NCBI GenBank assembly: GCA_951406725.2
Contig: OX597816.1
Location: 121,706,001-121,770,000 of the forward strand
Length of the DNA stretch: 64,000 nt
Origin: Octopus vulgaris
Taxonomy: Eukaryota
Direction: 5' to 3'
Below the pieces are notes generated by a model. The model ran no database searches. It saw only the letters and a program-made list of their open reading frames with translations, and was not told the origin of the DNA. Shown here piece after piece: positions 1-12,990 of this stretch; the first letter of the stretch is position 1, and each line of letters opens with the position of its first letter. A program made the position numbers and the translations under genes.

Positions 1-548
1 GCAGCTATTCTGTGATGGTCTGGGGAACAATTTGGAGCAATGGTTGATCAGAGCTGGTGGAGTGTGAGGGAAAGATAAACACAAATAAATATGCGTCCAT
101 ATTGCAGAAAGGACTCCTTCCAAACTTTTCCAGGGGTAAAATGATTAAAGAAGACTCTCTATTTATGGAAGATGGGATTCCTTGTCACACAGTTAAAATG
201 ACCCAAGATTTGTTGGAAAAGAATGGCATTAGAAAGCTTCCATAGCCAAGCTAGTCACGAGATATGAACCCTATGGAACACATCTGGGGCATAATGGACA
301 AGACATTTCATAAGCAGAACAAGAAATCATCTTCAAAGCTAGATCTTTTGAGATTATTGCATGAAACTTAGCAAGAAATTCCGCAAAAGAATATACACCA
401 GCTTATCAGTAACATGCCTAAAAGAGCATGTCTACTAAATATTAAATGTTCACATTATAACAACTAACAAATAATTTGAATGTATAATTTCAGATTTAAA
501 TAAATTCTAATGATTATAAGGGTGTCTATTTACTTCTTTCATGTCTGT
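1..548 (+). mobile_element. Tc1-family transposase 3' remnant
   Basis: VMVWG...EGKINTNKYASIL...FMEDGIPCHT...SRDMNPMEHIWG (degenerate DD34E region), with stop codons. Confidence 0.85.
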
Positions 549-549
549 G

Positions 550-581
<32 letters not shown>

Positions 582-939
582 AGTTTAATAGAGAAGACGG
601 AGTGTGCTGAAAAGCAGTTCATTATCATGACAATTGTTTCATCTTCATGATGCTCTGCTCCTTAGTGATCATGGAATGGTGCAATAACACCAGATGCAAC
701 AGACAGTGCAAAGAAGACTCTTCAGGTGGCATAATATGCTTTCAAGTTTGGGGATTTACATTTCAGTTTTGCTGCATTGAGAAATTCGGTCAGTTCAACT
801 GGATATGTTCAAACGAAGAAGAAAAAAAAAATTCACGAATGGAATTAGAGAGCACCTAACATGAATGGGGTGGGGTGGGGTGTGGTGGGGTGTGGCGGGG
901 TGTTTTTATTTGGGGTCATGATGTTATTATTAAAAATAA

Positions 940-1240
940 GAGTTAGTTCCTTCTCGAGCCATTCCTGGCTCATAAGGGCCGGTTTCCCGGTTTCTGTGGC
1001 ATATAGGTTCCCCACCTAGACGGGATGCTAGTCCGTCACAGGTGAGCTGCAAGATGCAGGAGGAAAAAGTGAGAGAAAGTTGTGGCGAAGGAGTCAGCAG
1101 AAGTTTGCCATTACCTTCTGCCGGAGCCGCATGGAGCTTAGGTGTTTCGCTCGTAAACACACACATCACCCGGTCTGAGATTTGAAACCACGATCCCCCG
1201 ACCGCGAATCCGCTGCTCTAACCATTAGGCCATGTGCCTC
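940..1240 (-). mobile_element. tRNA-derived SINE (near-identical family copy at 35275-35575 +; relatives at 6850-7230 + and 11450-11750 -)
   Basis: A box TGGCCTAGTGG and B box GGTTCGAATCT are visible in the 35275 copy; shared body sequence. Confidence 0.85.
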
Positions 1241-1666
1241 CACATATTAAAAATAAGAGATACAAAATTTTTAAAAATAAATAATTGAAAAAATATATAG
1301 AATGTAGTGTATATGGAGGGGCCTGAGGATGTGTAAGTCTTTGATATGTGGTAGAAATGGCAGCCAAGTGTGATGACCTGCTCAGATTTAGGCCATTTGC
1401 CATCGTGGCTATGAACGTTTAAATAGACACACTACACAATCATAAGTTTATTCATACCTACACACCAGTACACTTTCTAATCCCTTAATCCTTTAACTTT
1501 AAAACCGACTTACATATATTTATATATATATATATTGGCCTGCTCGCTTAGCCAGTGGGGTGGCGTCATTTGAAGGCTAAAACAATGTGAAGCGCATTGT
1601 GACCAGCGATGTGTAGCAACATTTGATAGCTTGGTCGGTCACGGTGATCACGGTGATATATATATT

Positions 1667-1761
1667 AATAATAATAATAAAAATAATAATAACAATAATA
1701 ATAATAATAATGATAATAATAATGATAATAATAATAATAATTATAATAATAATAATAATAT
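1667..1761. repeat. (AAT)n microsatellite, representative of many SSRs: (CA)n 5601-5674, (GATA)n ~3997-4033, (TA)n 15945-15995 and 22278-22330, (CT)n 57601-57658
   Basis: Direct reading of the sequence. Confidence 0.95.
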
Positions 1762-2160
1762 TAGGGAGTATAACTCCAAACTTACAGGGTATAATTCAAT
1801 TTAGTATTAAATCAAATTTCACAATACAAATATTTAAAATATAAATTAGAGATAAAACCACTATTATGCAATTCAAACAATGATAGACATAAACCAAAAC
1901 ATAAATAACAAATAAAATATATTTTTATAAAACATATAACTAGATCACAAAAAGTATAAAAATGAATAATCAATATATAATAAGTAATTATTATACATAT
2001 ATTATTATAATTATTTATTATATATTGATTATTCATTTTTATACTTTTTGTGATCTAGTTATATGTTTTATAAAAATATATTTTATTTGTTATTTATGTT
2101 TTGGTTTATGTCTATCATTGTTTGAATTGCATAATAGTGGTTTTATCTCTAATTTATATT
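1762..2160. mobile_element. Foldback element between (AAT)n and (TA)n tracts, PLE-like architecture
   Basis: Arms 1838-1991 and 2007-2160 (154 bp, 1 mismatch), 15-nt loop, unpaired extension 1762-1837. No HHR core seen. Confidence 0.7.
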
Positions 2161-2609
2161 ATATATATATATATATATAAATGTATGTATGTATGTATGT
2201 ATCTACAGTTGTAGAAAACTAACTTTCATATTCTATTTGTATGTATTCTTTTATTCTTTGAAAGCCTAGTACTTATTCTATCAGTCTCTTTTACCAAACC
2301 GCTAAGTCATGGGGACCATAAACACACCAATATCAGTTGTCAAATGGTGGTTGGGGATCAAACACAGACACACAAACATATATACACACATACACACATA
2401 TATATGTATATAAATATACATATGGTAGGCTTCTTTCAGTTTCTGTCTACCAAATCCACTCACAAGGCTTTGGTTGGCCTGAGGCTATAGTAGATATAGT
2501 AGAAAACATTTGCCCAAAGTGTCATGCAGTGGAACTGAATGGAACCATGTGGTTGGGAAGCAAGGTTCTTACTACACAGCCATTCCTGCAACTTAGAATC
2601 AACATAAAG

Positions 2610-2820
2610 CAGTGACCTGGCAGAATTGTTAGCAAGTGGGGCAAAATGCTTATCAGCATTTCATCTGTCTTTACATTCTGGGTTCAAATTCTGCTGGGGT
2701 TGACTTTGCCTTTCATCCTTTTGGGGTCAATAAAATAAGTACCAGTCAAGCACTGAGGTTGATGTAATCAACTAGTCTCCTCCCCTGAAATTTTAGGCCT
2801 TGTGCCTATAGTAAAAAGGG
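2610..2820 (+). mobile_element. Meta-domain-type SINE (other copies ~9738-9950 -, 11948-12140 -, 12155-12378 -, 14130-14330 +)
   Basis: GCCTTTCATCCTTTTGGGGTCAATAAAATAAGTACCAG motif after a tRNA-like head; multiple copies. Confidence 0.75.
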
Positions 2821-2964
2821 TTTTAAACTCAACACTATATTGTGGTTATAGAAGCATTCAACCTATGTACTTTTAGACATAAGAATTTCCAGCATATCTG
2901 ACACCTAGAACACCTTCAAAACAGAAGGGTTTTTTTTTTTCATTATTATATCAACTAATACTGT

Positions 2965-3805
2965 TAGACAGTCAACAGAGAGTACTTTATGAATGTTTTG
3001 AGAGAGTTTAGGAAGAAATTCTGTCACAATGAGTCAGAGCAGCTGCACCAGCAGTGCTGGATTAACTATTAAGCAAAATAAGCACGTACTTGGGGCATCA
3101 AGGGAAGGAGGGGGCACCACAGAAATGGTAAATGGTTTACGCCATAAAAGAAATCCCTTTAAACTTGCTAAAATAATATTCTGGATGCCTTTATCTCTAC
3201 TAAGTATAGATGCAGATGTGTTACCTAAGATTAATTTTGAGGATCTGATCGAAGACTTTGCAATTCAAAAAAGTAGGAGGAAACTTTTCAAATATAAATA
3301 AAATGGAAGTATACAAAAGTAAACATTATTTTTCCTCTTACTGTTTTGAAAAATAAAAATTTATTTCATGGTTTGTTATTGTTCATATTTTGAATTACAT
3401 AATCTTTTCTGGGGACACCAAAATCTTTTAAGTGCTTAGGGCCTTGATGGATCTTAATCCGGCCCTGTGCACCAGGACAGTTCACTAGTTTATAAACTCA
3501 TCTGGGTAAACAACTATTTGATAGAGATGGGTATCAAAACTATTCCTCAGCCTCCCTATGGTCCAGACCTTGCTTCCTGTAACTTTTGGTAATCACCTAA
3601 GCTGAAAAAGAAGATGAAGAAGGGTGTGACAAAGGTCCTGGAAACCTTTGCCTTGGATGATTTCCAAGAAAGGGTGGGGGGCAGGCTTCATGAAATGGCT
3701 AGAGTGCTACAACAAGTGCATTTAATTCTACTTTGAGGAGATTAGAGTTCTGTACTACTTTGAAATTAATTAATGCCTCTCCTGAAGTTCTGGAGTACAC
3801 TTTGT
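2965..3805 (+). mobile_element. mariner transposase remnant split by a hAT MITE
   Basis: VNREYFMNVLREFRKK | LHQD...MGIKTIPQPPYGPDLASCNFW, matching the mariner HPPYSPDLAPCDF motif. Confidence 0.75.
3052..3467 (+). mobile_element. hAT non-autonomous element
   Basis: TIRs CAGTGCTGGATTAA / TTAATCCGGCCCTG; perfect 8-bp TSD TGCACCAG; internal remnant LSLLSIDADVL..INFEDLIEDFA of the hAT dimerisation domain. Confidence 0.92.
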
Positions 3806-3992
3806 ATGCATGTATGCTTATGTAGTATGTATGTGTATGTGTGTATGTATGTAGGTAGGTATGTATGTATGTGTGTGTGTATATATGTATGTATGTATGT
3901 AAGCATGTATATATGTATGTGTGTATGTGTATGTGTGTGTATGTATGTAGCCAGACAGACAAACAGACTGACAGACGGACGGATGGACAGAC

Positions 3993-4035
<43 letters not shown>

Positions 4036-5599
4036 ACAATCTTTCAGTTTCCATCAACTGAATCCACTTACAAGGTCTTTTGGTCAGCTCTGGGGCTATA
4101 ACAGAAGACAGTTGCCCAAGATGCCTTGTTGTGAGACCAAACTCTGAACAATGTGATTGCAAACAATACATAATTTTGATAGCTTAGGAGTTTTAATTAT
4201 GTGAAGACTAGAAGAAATAAAAGTATCATACTAGAAAAAACAGGTAAAACAGGTGAAGTTTAGCAAGAGAAAGGGTCTCCTCCCTTAGAGAATTCTGCTG
4301 TAATAAATCTTGCTCAACTTATGCCAGCATGGAAAAACTAGAGGTTAACATGCTACTGCTGCAGATGATGATGATGATGATGAAGATGATGATGCTGGGT
4401 AGATATGTTAGCAGTGTTGGTGGCAACGGTATTGATGGTGACAGCAGCATTTGTAGCCTGGATATTGGTAGTGGCAGTGGTGTTGGCGGCGGTGATGTTT
4501 TCTAATATAAGCCATAGGCCATAAAGTTAGGGAGAAGATATTGTCGGTTAGACTGATCTAAGGTACTTAACTGGTTCTTATTTTGTCAACCTTATTCAAG
4601 TCCAGTCTCATAAAGTTATGTAAAAGGAAGTGACTACATACATTGAAGTACTCTTGTCAGATGTTTGACCAACTGTACAAGCTTATTTATTTAATCGTAT
4701 TAAAGTCAACTTAATCAAATAGTATAGCCCTTCCCCAAAGACTGAGCCTTGTACCTAGTCAAAAGAAAGCATGGTAAAGTTTGATCATGTTCACTAAACT
4801 AAATGATTGGATTGTCTTACAATGGTCAATCCTATTCATCTTTATTCCTTTACAAGAAACCAAAAACAAATAAGCAAAAAAGATACAATAAATCTGCTAA
4901 AATTGCAAAGGAAAAAAAACATCAATTTATCATTTGGATAGAAAAGATAATTTTCATGAACAATTCAGTTCAGTTGTTTCTTCCTCTAGAAGATTAAAGA
5001 ACAAATAAATTAGAAATACGAAAGCAAAATATATATATATAAAAAAAAAAAAACGAAACCAAAAGAAAGCCCAAAACTGCACAGACATCAAGTATAGTCT
5101 TTCAGCAAGTTAACGATCAAGTTTTATTCTCTTTTTTTTTTGTAAATAGTTATCATAGGAAAGATTAAAAGTGAAATAACATTGGCACTTCACCAATTAA
5201 AGTAAATTAAATTTAGCTTATTTAACTCTACTCAGTGCCAACCCAACACTGATAAAGTGGTTATAAAGAATAATTGATTGATAAGATACAATAGGAAAAC
5301 AGAACGGGATTTATTTTATCTGAATATTTTATAAGATATCATCATCATCATCATCATCATCTTTTTAATATCCACTTGTCTCTGCTTGCATGGGTCAGAC
5401 AAAGTTTAATGAGCCAGATTTTTCTATGGCCAAATGCCCTTCCACCAGTTTTCAAGCAAAATAATATTTCTCCATAGCCAGACATGTTCTCAAAGAATTC
5501 TGGAAAGGAACGACACTAATCGTATGGCAATGACAATCATTTACAATCATCACATAATGTTCAAAACAAGGAAGCAGAAATACGCACAAGCACACATGA

Positions 5600-5673
<74 letters not shown>

Positions 5674-5679
<6 letters not shown>

Positions 5680-5893
5680 AGATGCTGAAAAGTTTCTGGC
5701 TTTGGGTAAAATAAAATATGGGAGGATCGGTTAATTATGATTTTACTCAACATATTTTCCTTTCAAATTCACACATTTATTGCAGCTGTCCTTCTGTTTA
5801 TCTGAGCCCTGTAAAAGAACTCAGTAAGTTGAGCCTCCAGCCAGGCCTTTTGCAGTACTCTTATAGTCAGGAAATTTTCAGCACATCTTCATA
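5674..5893. mobile_element. mariner-type MITE
   Basis: Imperfect ~28-bp TIRs: ACGAGGAGATGCTGAAAAGTTTCTGGCT / AGTCAGGAAATTTTCAGCACATCTTCAT. Confidence 0.7.
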
Positions 5894-6246
5894 TATAACA
5901 GACATCTTTCAGTTTCCATCTACAAAATCAACTCACAAAGCTTTGGTTGGCCTATGGCTATACAAAAGGACAGAACCCAGATCCATGTGGTTGGGAAGCA
6001 AACTTCTTACCACTCAGTCACATCATCATCATTGATGTTATCAATGTTGGCAGATTGAATTAGCTCTTATTTGAAGCAACTACCCTCCCAGACATGTCAA
6101 GAATATAATCTCTCTCATAGACTTTACTTTGGCTTAGTTTTTACATCTGGATATCTTTCCTAAAACAGCCATTTCCCAGGGTGTATCAGATGCATTTAAT
6201 AGTAGTGTGGATACTAGAGAGGCTGTCATGTCCTTAATAAGATAGG

Positions 6247-6480
6247 CAGGGCTGGTTTTAAGCCAATAGACATATTTGTTCAAATTAGGTCCTGTGCCAT
6301 GACAGGGCCCGGCAAACATGTCTGAGTTTTTCATTGTGACTAATTGTAGAGCCTCAAGCCTTTTTGGCTGGGACTGAAGTACTACACAAAACGTAAAACA
6401 TAAATTTTCAGCTTTTGTGGAGTAGAGCCCCCCACAAACAGTTCTCCCATTGGGCCCCGCAAGTCCTAGCACTGGCTTTG
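6247..6480. mobile_element. hAT MITE
   Basis: CAGGGCTGG...CTGGCTTTG termini; 8-bp TSD AAGATAGG/AAGACAGG. Confidence 0.75.
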
Positions 6481-7500
6481 AAGACAGGACTAAAGGGTCC
6501 TCTCAACCTTACATCATCCTCACTCATTTGCCAATCATTTTTACAATGTTCTGAGTGAGCTTCATTATGACACTAACCCTATGTGACAGTCTTGGACCTT
6601 AAAAGTTAAGAGAGGTCCTCACTAGATTGGGACAAATGTGACCAATAGTATGGATAGAAAAGACGATGACAGCAGAAGATGAACTAAGGTGAGAGGGGAG
6701 AGTGAAGTGACAGTATGGTGGAGGAGACAGAGTGATGAGTGTGACAGTGTGGAAGAAAGGAGAATTGAGAGATACACTGTGAGAGGGAATGAGTAAGAGG
6801 TGGGTGTATGTATTCTTTTATTATACTTTTATTAGTTTCTCTCAATGACGGAAGCACAATGGCCCAATGTTTAGGGCAGTGGACTCACGGTCGTAGGATG
6901 GTGCTTTCGATTCCCAGACCAGGCATTGTAAGTGTTTATTGAGTGAAAACACCTAAATCTCCATGAGGCTCTGGCAGGAGGTGGTGGCAAACCCTGCTGT
7001 ACTCTTTCCCCACAATTTCCTCTCACTTTTTCTTCTTGTTTTTGTTGTACCTGTATTTCAAAGGGCCAGCTTTGTCACACTCTGTGTCATGCTGAATCTC
7101 CCCAAAAACCAAGTTAAGGGTAAAACATGTCTGTGGAGTGCTCAGCCACTTGCACATTAATTTCACAAGCAGGCTGTTCCATTGATTGGATCAACTGGAA
7201 CCCTCGTCATCATAACTGACAGAGGGCCATGATTAGTTTTTCTCATTGAAGTGCAGTCACACTGGAGTTACCACCTTTTAGACCGTTCTATCAACCCCAG
7301 CATTTATTTCAATCTGGTACATATAAATCTTTTATCTATCTCTGTTTATTGAATGGCTAAGTTTCTTATTCGACATAAATGTTCCATTTTACACTGATAT
7401 ACATAATGCAGACACACACACAAATGTGTGTGTGTATGTATGTATGTATGTATGTATGTATGTATGCATTTATGAATGGATGGATGGATGGAAGTTTGCA

Positions 7501-7533
<33 letters not shown>

Positions 7534-7866
7534 GTGCGTGTGCATTGTAATTGGGTCATCACATACAAAATCATTTGCTTCGTCTTCAGGTCAGGCACTA
7601 TCCAAATATTGTGTTGAAATTTGATATAGGCCACTTACTCTCATTGTCAATTTAAATCTTTTAATATTTGGTCATCTACACTATCCCACATACAGAGTGA
7701 ATTGTATCAGAAAAATGAATGAAAATTCAGCAGTAACTATATTATGATGGGAAGGTAGAGAAAAGTTTGGTAAGATTGACTAGTAAATAGAGATAGAGAG
7801 AGAAATGTGAGGTTACAAATAAAAATAAAAATTAAATAAAATAAAATTGAAGGCCTTGTCCTGTAT

Positions 7867-7921
<55 letters not shown>

Positions 7922-7927
<6 letters not shown>

Positions 7928-8115
7928 ATAGAAGGAGCTTCTACAGGACTAGAACTGTTTCATTCAAAAGAAATCATCAGGAAGCTTCCTGGTGATTTCT
8001 TTTGAATGAAACAGTTCTAGTCCTGTAGAAGCTCCTTCTATAAAATAAATTAATTTACTCTGCTATGTATTGAGTACCTTATTTACTGTGGTTAACCCCG
8101 ACTCAACCCGGGACC

Positions 8116-8118
<3 letters not shown>
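7922..8118. mobile_element. Palindromic PLE-type terminal fragment embedded in (TA)n
   Basis: 126-bp palindrome 7922-8047 with one mismatch, plus an unpaired tail to ~8118; (TA)n on both sides; HHR in each arm. Confidence 0.8.
7936..7986 (-). ncRNA. Type I hammerhead ribozyme, intact core
   Basis: Minus strand reads AGCUUC-CUGAUGA-U-UUC(UUUU)GAA-U-GAAA-CAG(UUCUAGUC)CUG-UA-GAAGCU. Stems I (6 bp), II and III all form; GUA cleavage triplet. The plus-strand twin has CUGGUGA. Confidence 0.8.
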
Positions 8119-8188
<70 letters not shown>

Positions 8189-8202
8189 ATGTATATGTAT
8201 GA

Positions 8203-8258
<56 letters not shown>

Positions 8259-8259
<1 letters not shown>

Positions 8260-9200
8260 CATCATCATCATCATTGTTTAATGTCCGCTTTCCATGCTGG
8301 CATGGGTAGGACGGTTTGACAGGAGGCTGCATCAGGCTCCAATCTGACATAGCAAGGTTTCTGCATCAGGATACCCTTCCTAACGCTAACCACTCTGAAA
8401 ATTTAATGTGTGCTTTTTATGTGCATCTGGTATGTGGACCAGTCAGGTGGCACTGGCATCAACCATGCTTGAATGGTGCTTTTTACATGCCAGTCAAGCA
8501 GCACTGGCATCAGCCATAACTACGATTTTACTTGACTTGACAGGTCTTCTTAAGCACAGCATATTGGCCAGCAACTGAAAGGTACTTTTAAACGGGCCGG
8601 TTATGTGATACTGGCATTGGCCACGGCTACAATCTCACTTCGCTTACTGGCTCTTCTCAAGAACAACATATCTCCAAAGGTCTCAGTCACTTGTCGTTGC
8701 CTCTGTGAAGCTCAATGTTTGATGGTTGTGCTTCACCATCTCATTCCAAGTCTTCCTGGGTCTACCTCTTTCACAGGTTCCCTCCACTGTTAGGGTGTGA
8801 TACTTTTTTACACAACTGCCCTCATTCATATGCAACACATGATCATACCAAAGCAGTTATCTCTCTTGCACACCACATCTGATGCTTCTTATGTCCAACT
8901 TTTCTCTCAGGGCACTTACACTCTGTCATGTATGCACACTGATAATACACATCCAGTAGAATATACCAGCTTAATTTCTTTCAAGCCCACACATGTCCTC
9001 GGCAGTCATAGCCTATGTTTCACTGCCGTGTAGCATGGTAGTTTGCACACATGCATCATACAGTCTACCTTTCACTCTGAGCAAGAGGCCCTTTGTTACC
9101 AGCAGAGGTAGGAGCTGTATGAACTTTGCCCAGGCTATTCTTATTCCTACCCCAGCTACTGACTTGATCACCTAGGTAATGGAAGCTATCAACTACTTCT
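8259..9200 (-). mobile_element. Older copy of the same RTE LINE 3' end
   Basis: Aligns by eye with 37668-38740 (e.g. CATGCATCATACAGTCTACCTTTCACTCTGAGC). Shorter 3'UTR-only copies lie at ~10040-10220(+), 10287-10630(-), 16660-16815(+), 31236-31570(-), 48481-48625(+) and 58890-59200(-). Confidence 0.85.
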
Positions 9201-9242
<42 letters not shown>

Positions 9243-12200
9243 AATTGGCAGGTTTCTGTACAGTTTCCTTCATGTATAACTTTTCAAGTCAAGAAACAAC
9301 AATAACTGTCTGATAGAAGTTTATGTGATGCTTTTAAATATTACAACTAACATTTGTTAATATTGATTTCTCTTGTAAGCACAAGGCTTATAGTAGGCAA
9401 ATGGTATGTGTTTTATTGATACTCGATAGAGGAAATGCAAACTGGTACCTGGGGATTCCAAAACAAGAGATTGAGGGATGAAACATAACATTTCAAGGCA
9501 TTTTTTGAGCTCCAGTGGGAAGAAGTTGTTAATATATGTTGATATTAATCTTTAATACCACAGATAATGGAATAGCAGTATCAAAGGAACCACTGTGGAT
9601 TGATGTAGTTGGTAGAGTATCAGCTAACAACTATATGGTATTTAAGCTGCATCCTTTTATGTTTTGAGTTCAAATCACATCAAAATTAACTTTGCCGTTT
9701 GTCCTGAGGATCAGAAAAATAAGTACCAATAAATTATTCTTTTCTACTCTAGGCACAAGGCCCAAAACTTTTGGGGAGGCGGCCAGTTGATTAGATTGAC
9801 CCCAGTATGCAACTGGTACTTTTATCGACCCTCAAAAAATGAAAGGCAAAGTTGACCTTGACAGAATTTGAACTCAGAACATAGCAACAGGCAAAATACC
9901 GCTAAGCATTTCACCTGGCATGATAATGTTTCTGACAGCTTGCCGCCTTGTACCAATAAGGTATTAGTATAAGAAGGAAGGTGATATTATTGATTGTTTT
10001 CACACCATCTAAATGTGTGACTAAAGGCCAAAATCACCAGTTCCATGTTAAAAGCATTCAGCATACCACTGTAAAGTGGTTGGCATTAGGAAGGGCATCC
10101 AGCTGTAGAAACCAAGCCAAATCAGACTGGAACCTGGTGCAGCTCTCCAGCTGCCAGCTCTGGTCAAACTGTCCAACCCATGCCAGCATGGAAAACTGAT
10201 GTTAAATGATGATGATGACATAATTATAAGATAAAACTTAAAAACATGTGCAACATGAGCTAATATGTTATGTTTGAGATTGTATATCATCGTTTAACGT
10301 CCGTTCTCCATGCTAGCATGGGTTGGATGATTCGACCGGGGATCTGGGAAGCCAGAAGGCTGCACCAGGCTTCAGTCTGATCTGGCAGTGTTTCAACAGC
10401 TGGATGCCCTTCCTAACGCCAACCACTCCATGAGTGTAGTGGGTGCTTTTTACGTATCACCTGCACAGGTGCCAGGCAGGCTGGCAACGGCCACGATCAG
10501 ATTGGTGCATTTTACATGCCACCGGCACGGAAGCCAGTCGAGGCGGCACTGGCATCAGCCACGATTTGGATGGTGCTTTTTATGTGCCACCGGCACGGAA
10601 GCCAGTCGAGGCGATGCTGGCATCGGCCCTACACTAATATAATTGTGCATACAATAAAAAGGATAAACTCTTTACTTAGGCACAAGGAAAAATTTACTTC
10701 TCTCTTTATGTCCAAGCTGTGCAGTCTAAACCAGTGGTTCTTAAACTGAGCAGCAGCATACCCTAGGGAATACAATTACGTCAATGGGTAAGAATCATCA
10801 AGAGGGAGCTACAAGTATTAGAAGGGTTGGGATTTTTTTTTGAAGTAAAATTATTTAAATGAGGCTCAATAACTTATTTGTATTTTTAGCATATTAATCT
10901 TTTTACTGCAGAAATCAGGTACGTCCTCTCAGCATTTCATTACCCATTCAGATTACACTATCAAATGTAATGCTTGTTTATTCATATTGTTTTGAATTAA
11001 TCATTTAGCCTTGAGATTTCAATGGTATGATGGTTTACTTTTAGAATGACATTATAGGCTAGGTGTGAGAGACCAGATTTAGCCAGTTTGAACATCAAAC
11101 AAATAAAATATTTTGTTTGGATATAGCCTGTTTAAATGCTAAAGGATTAAATGTGGAAAACAGTTTTGTATACCAATCTATCTTTTGTTTGAAACTAATT
11201 TAGTTGAAATATGTCAAGTTTATTGAGGCAAAGTGACTTGAAAGAAGATACCAATTCTATTTGTTGGTAGATATTTAACATCAGTCCTAAAATAACTGTG
11301 AAATTTAATTTCACATTTAAAGGGTTAAAAAAAAAAGCCTCTCAGTCTTAGGGTATACGCAGGACATTAAGTTATCAGTAGAAACATGATTGATGATGTA
11401 TCAAGATCTAGTATTTGATTATATAAGTTCTTTATTTATTTTATTTATGTGCCCTTTTCAAACCTAGCCAGGCTCATGGGCTTGGTTTCCCGGTTTCTAT
11501 GGCATATGTGTTCCCCCCAGCTGGATGGGACGCCACTCCATCGCAGCATTACTCAAGAAACAGGAAGAAAGTGTGAGAGAAAGCTGGATCAAAAGAGTAG
11601 AACAGGGGTCGCCACCACCCCCTGCTAGAGCATCGTGGAGCTTTAGGTGTTTTCGCTCAATAAACACACACAACGCCCGGTCTGGGAATCGAAATCGCGA
11701 TCCTCCAACCGCGAGTCCATTGCCCTAACCACTGGGCCATTGCACCTCCACATATAAGTTCTTACCTTAAGTAATTTCCATAAAAATTCAACATCGTGTA
11801 TTCTAGTTCACACAAATATCTAAAAAGTGGTGCATGCAGGATGGGATAATAAAATATTGCAATTAGCTTCTGTCTGATTATAATATTTTGTTTTAACACA
11901 CAAAAAATAAAATAATAAATGATTTCTTTAGTAGTAAAAATACTAATAATCCTTTCTTTCTACTATAGGCTCAAGGCCTGAAATTTTGCGGGAGGTGGGC
12001 AGATACAATTTCATTGTCTCCAGTGCGTAACTGGTACTTATTTTATTGACCCCAAAAAACTCAAAATGTGAGGGCAGACGAAATACTGCTAAGTATTTTG
12101 CCTGATGTGCTGATAATTCTGGCAGCTCACCACCTTCGTAATAATAATAATCATAATCCTTTTTACTATAGGCACAAAGCTGGAAATTTTGTGGGAAGGG

Positions 12201-12388
12201 GTAAATCGATTACATTGACCCCTGTACTCAACTGGCACTTATTTCATAGACCCCCTAAAGGATGAAAGGCAAAGTGGACCTTAGCAGAATTTTAACTCAG
12301 AATGTAAAGATGGGTGAAATGCACCCACTAAGCATTTTTCCCAACATGCTAACAATTCTGCCTGTTCACTGTCTTCATAATAATAATG

Positions 12389-12433
<45 letters not shown>

Positions 12434-12436
<3 letters not shown>

Positions 12437-12990
12437 GCCCTGATGCAGTACTAGGCAGCGGCTCTCATGGCTTCTGATCTTAACTGATTGGAAGTGTTAT
12501 CATGTACATTGTTTTGTCTTGGTATAAAAGATGGGCTACAGCAAATGTTCTGCTCAATACCACAGATTTGCTTGTCAGTTGTTTGACCTTAACCAGTTGA
12601 GCATGTCCCTTAGTGGCTGACGATATGTGCATCTCTGATCACGAGCAGAAGTAGTGGGGGAGCATCATAGCCATGTGTTGAGAGGGATTCTTTGAGGTTT
12701 GAATAATTCACCTCTGGAAACATGGGTGGTTCTTTCAACATCCTTAAACAACCCTTATTCAGGGACCTTTTGAGCGGGATGGGCTACTCAACCTGAAGAA
12801 AATTCTAACTGGGCCCCACCTGCAAGGTCATGTGCTGTTTATCTTGATATGAGATCACCATGTCGCGCACATATGGTTGTGATGCATGTGCCTGGTGTAC
12901 CTTTATCAGACGGGTAGTCATGATGGGTATATTGGGCTTCGTATATTTTACCCCAGTGTCACTTTGATGGCATGAACTGCTCTCTCACTC
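12434..12990. mobile_element. Non-coding element inserted in (AAT)n
   Basis: Sharply bounded GC-richer 557-bp block with (AAT)n on both sides. A microsatellite-targeting LINE end (R4/Dong-like) is inferred, not shown. Confidence 0.55.

Noticed and set aside
5180-5242. miR-96/263-like hairpin (TTGGCACT...AGTGCCAA)
   Set aside because: Only ~8 bp pair; the interior does not form a pre-miRNA stem.
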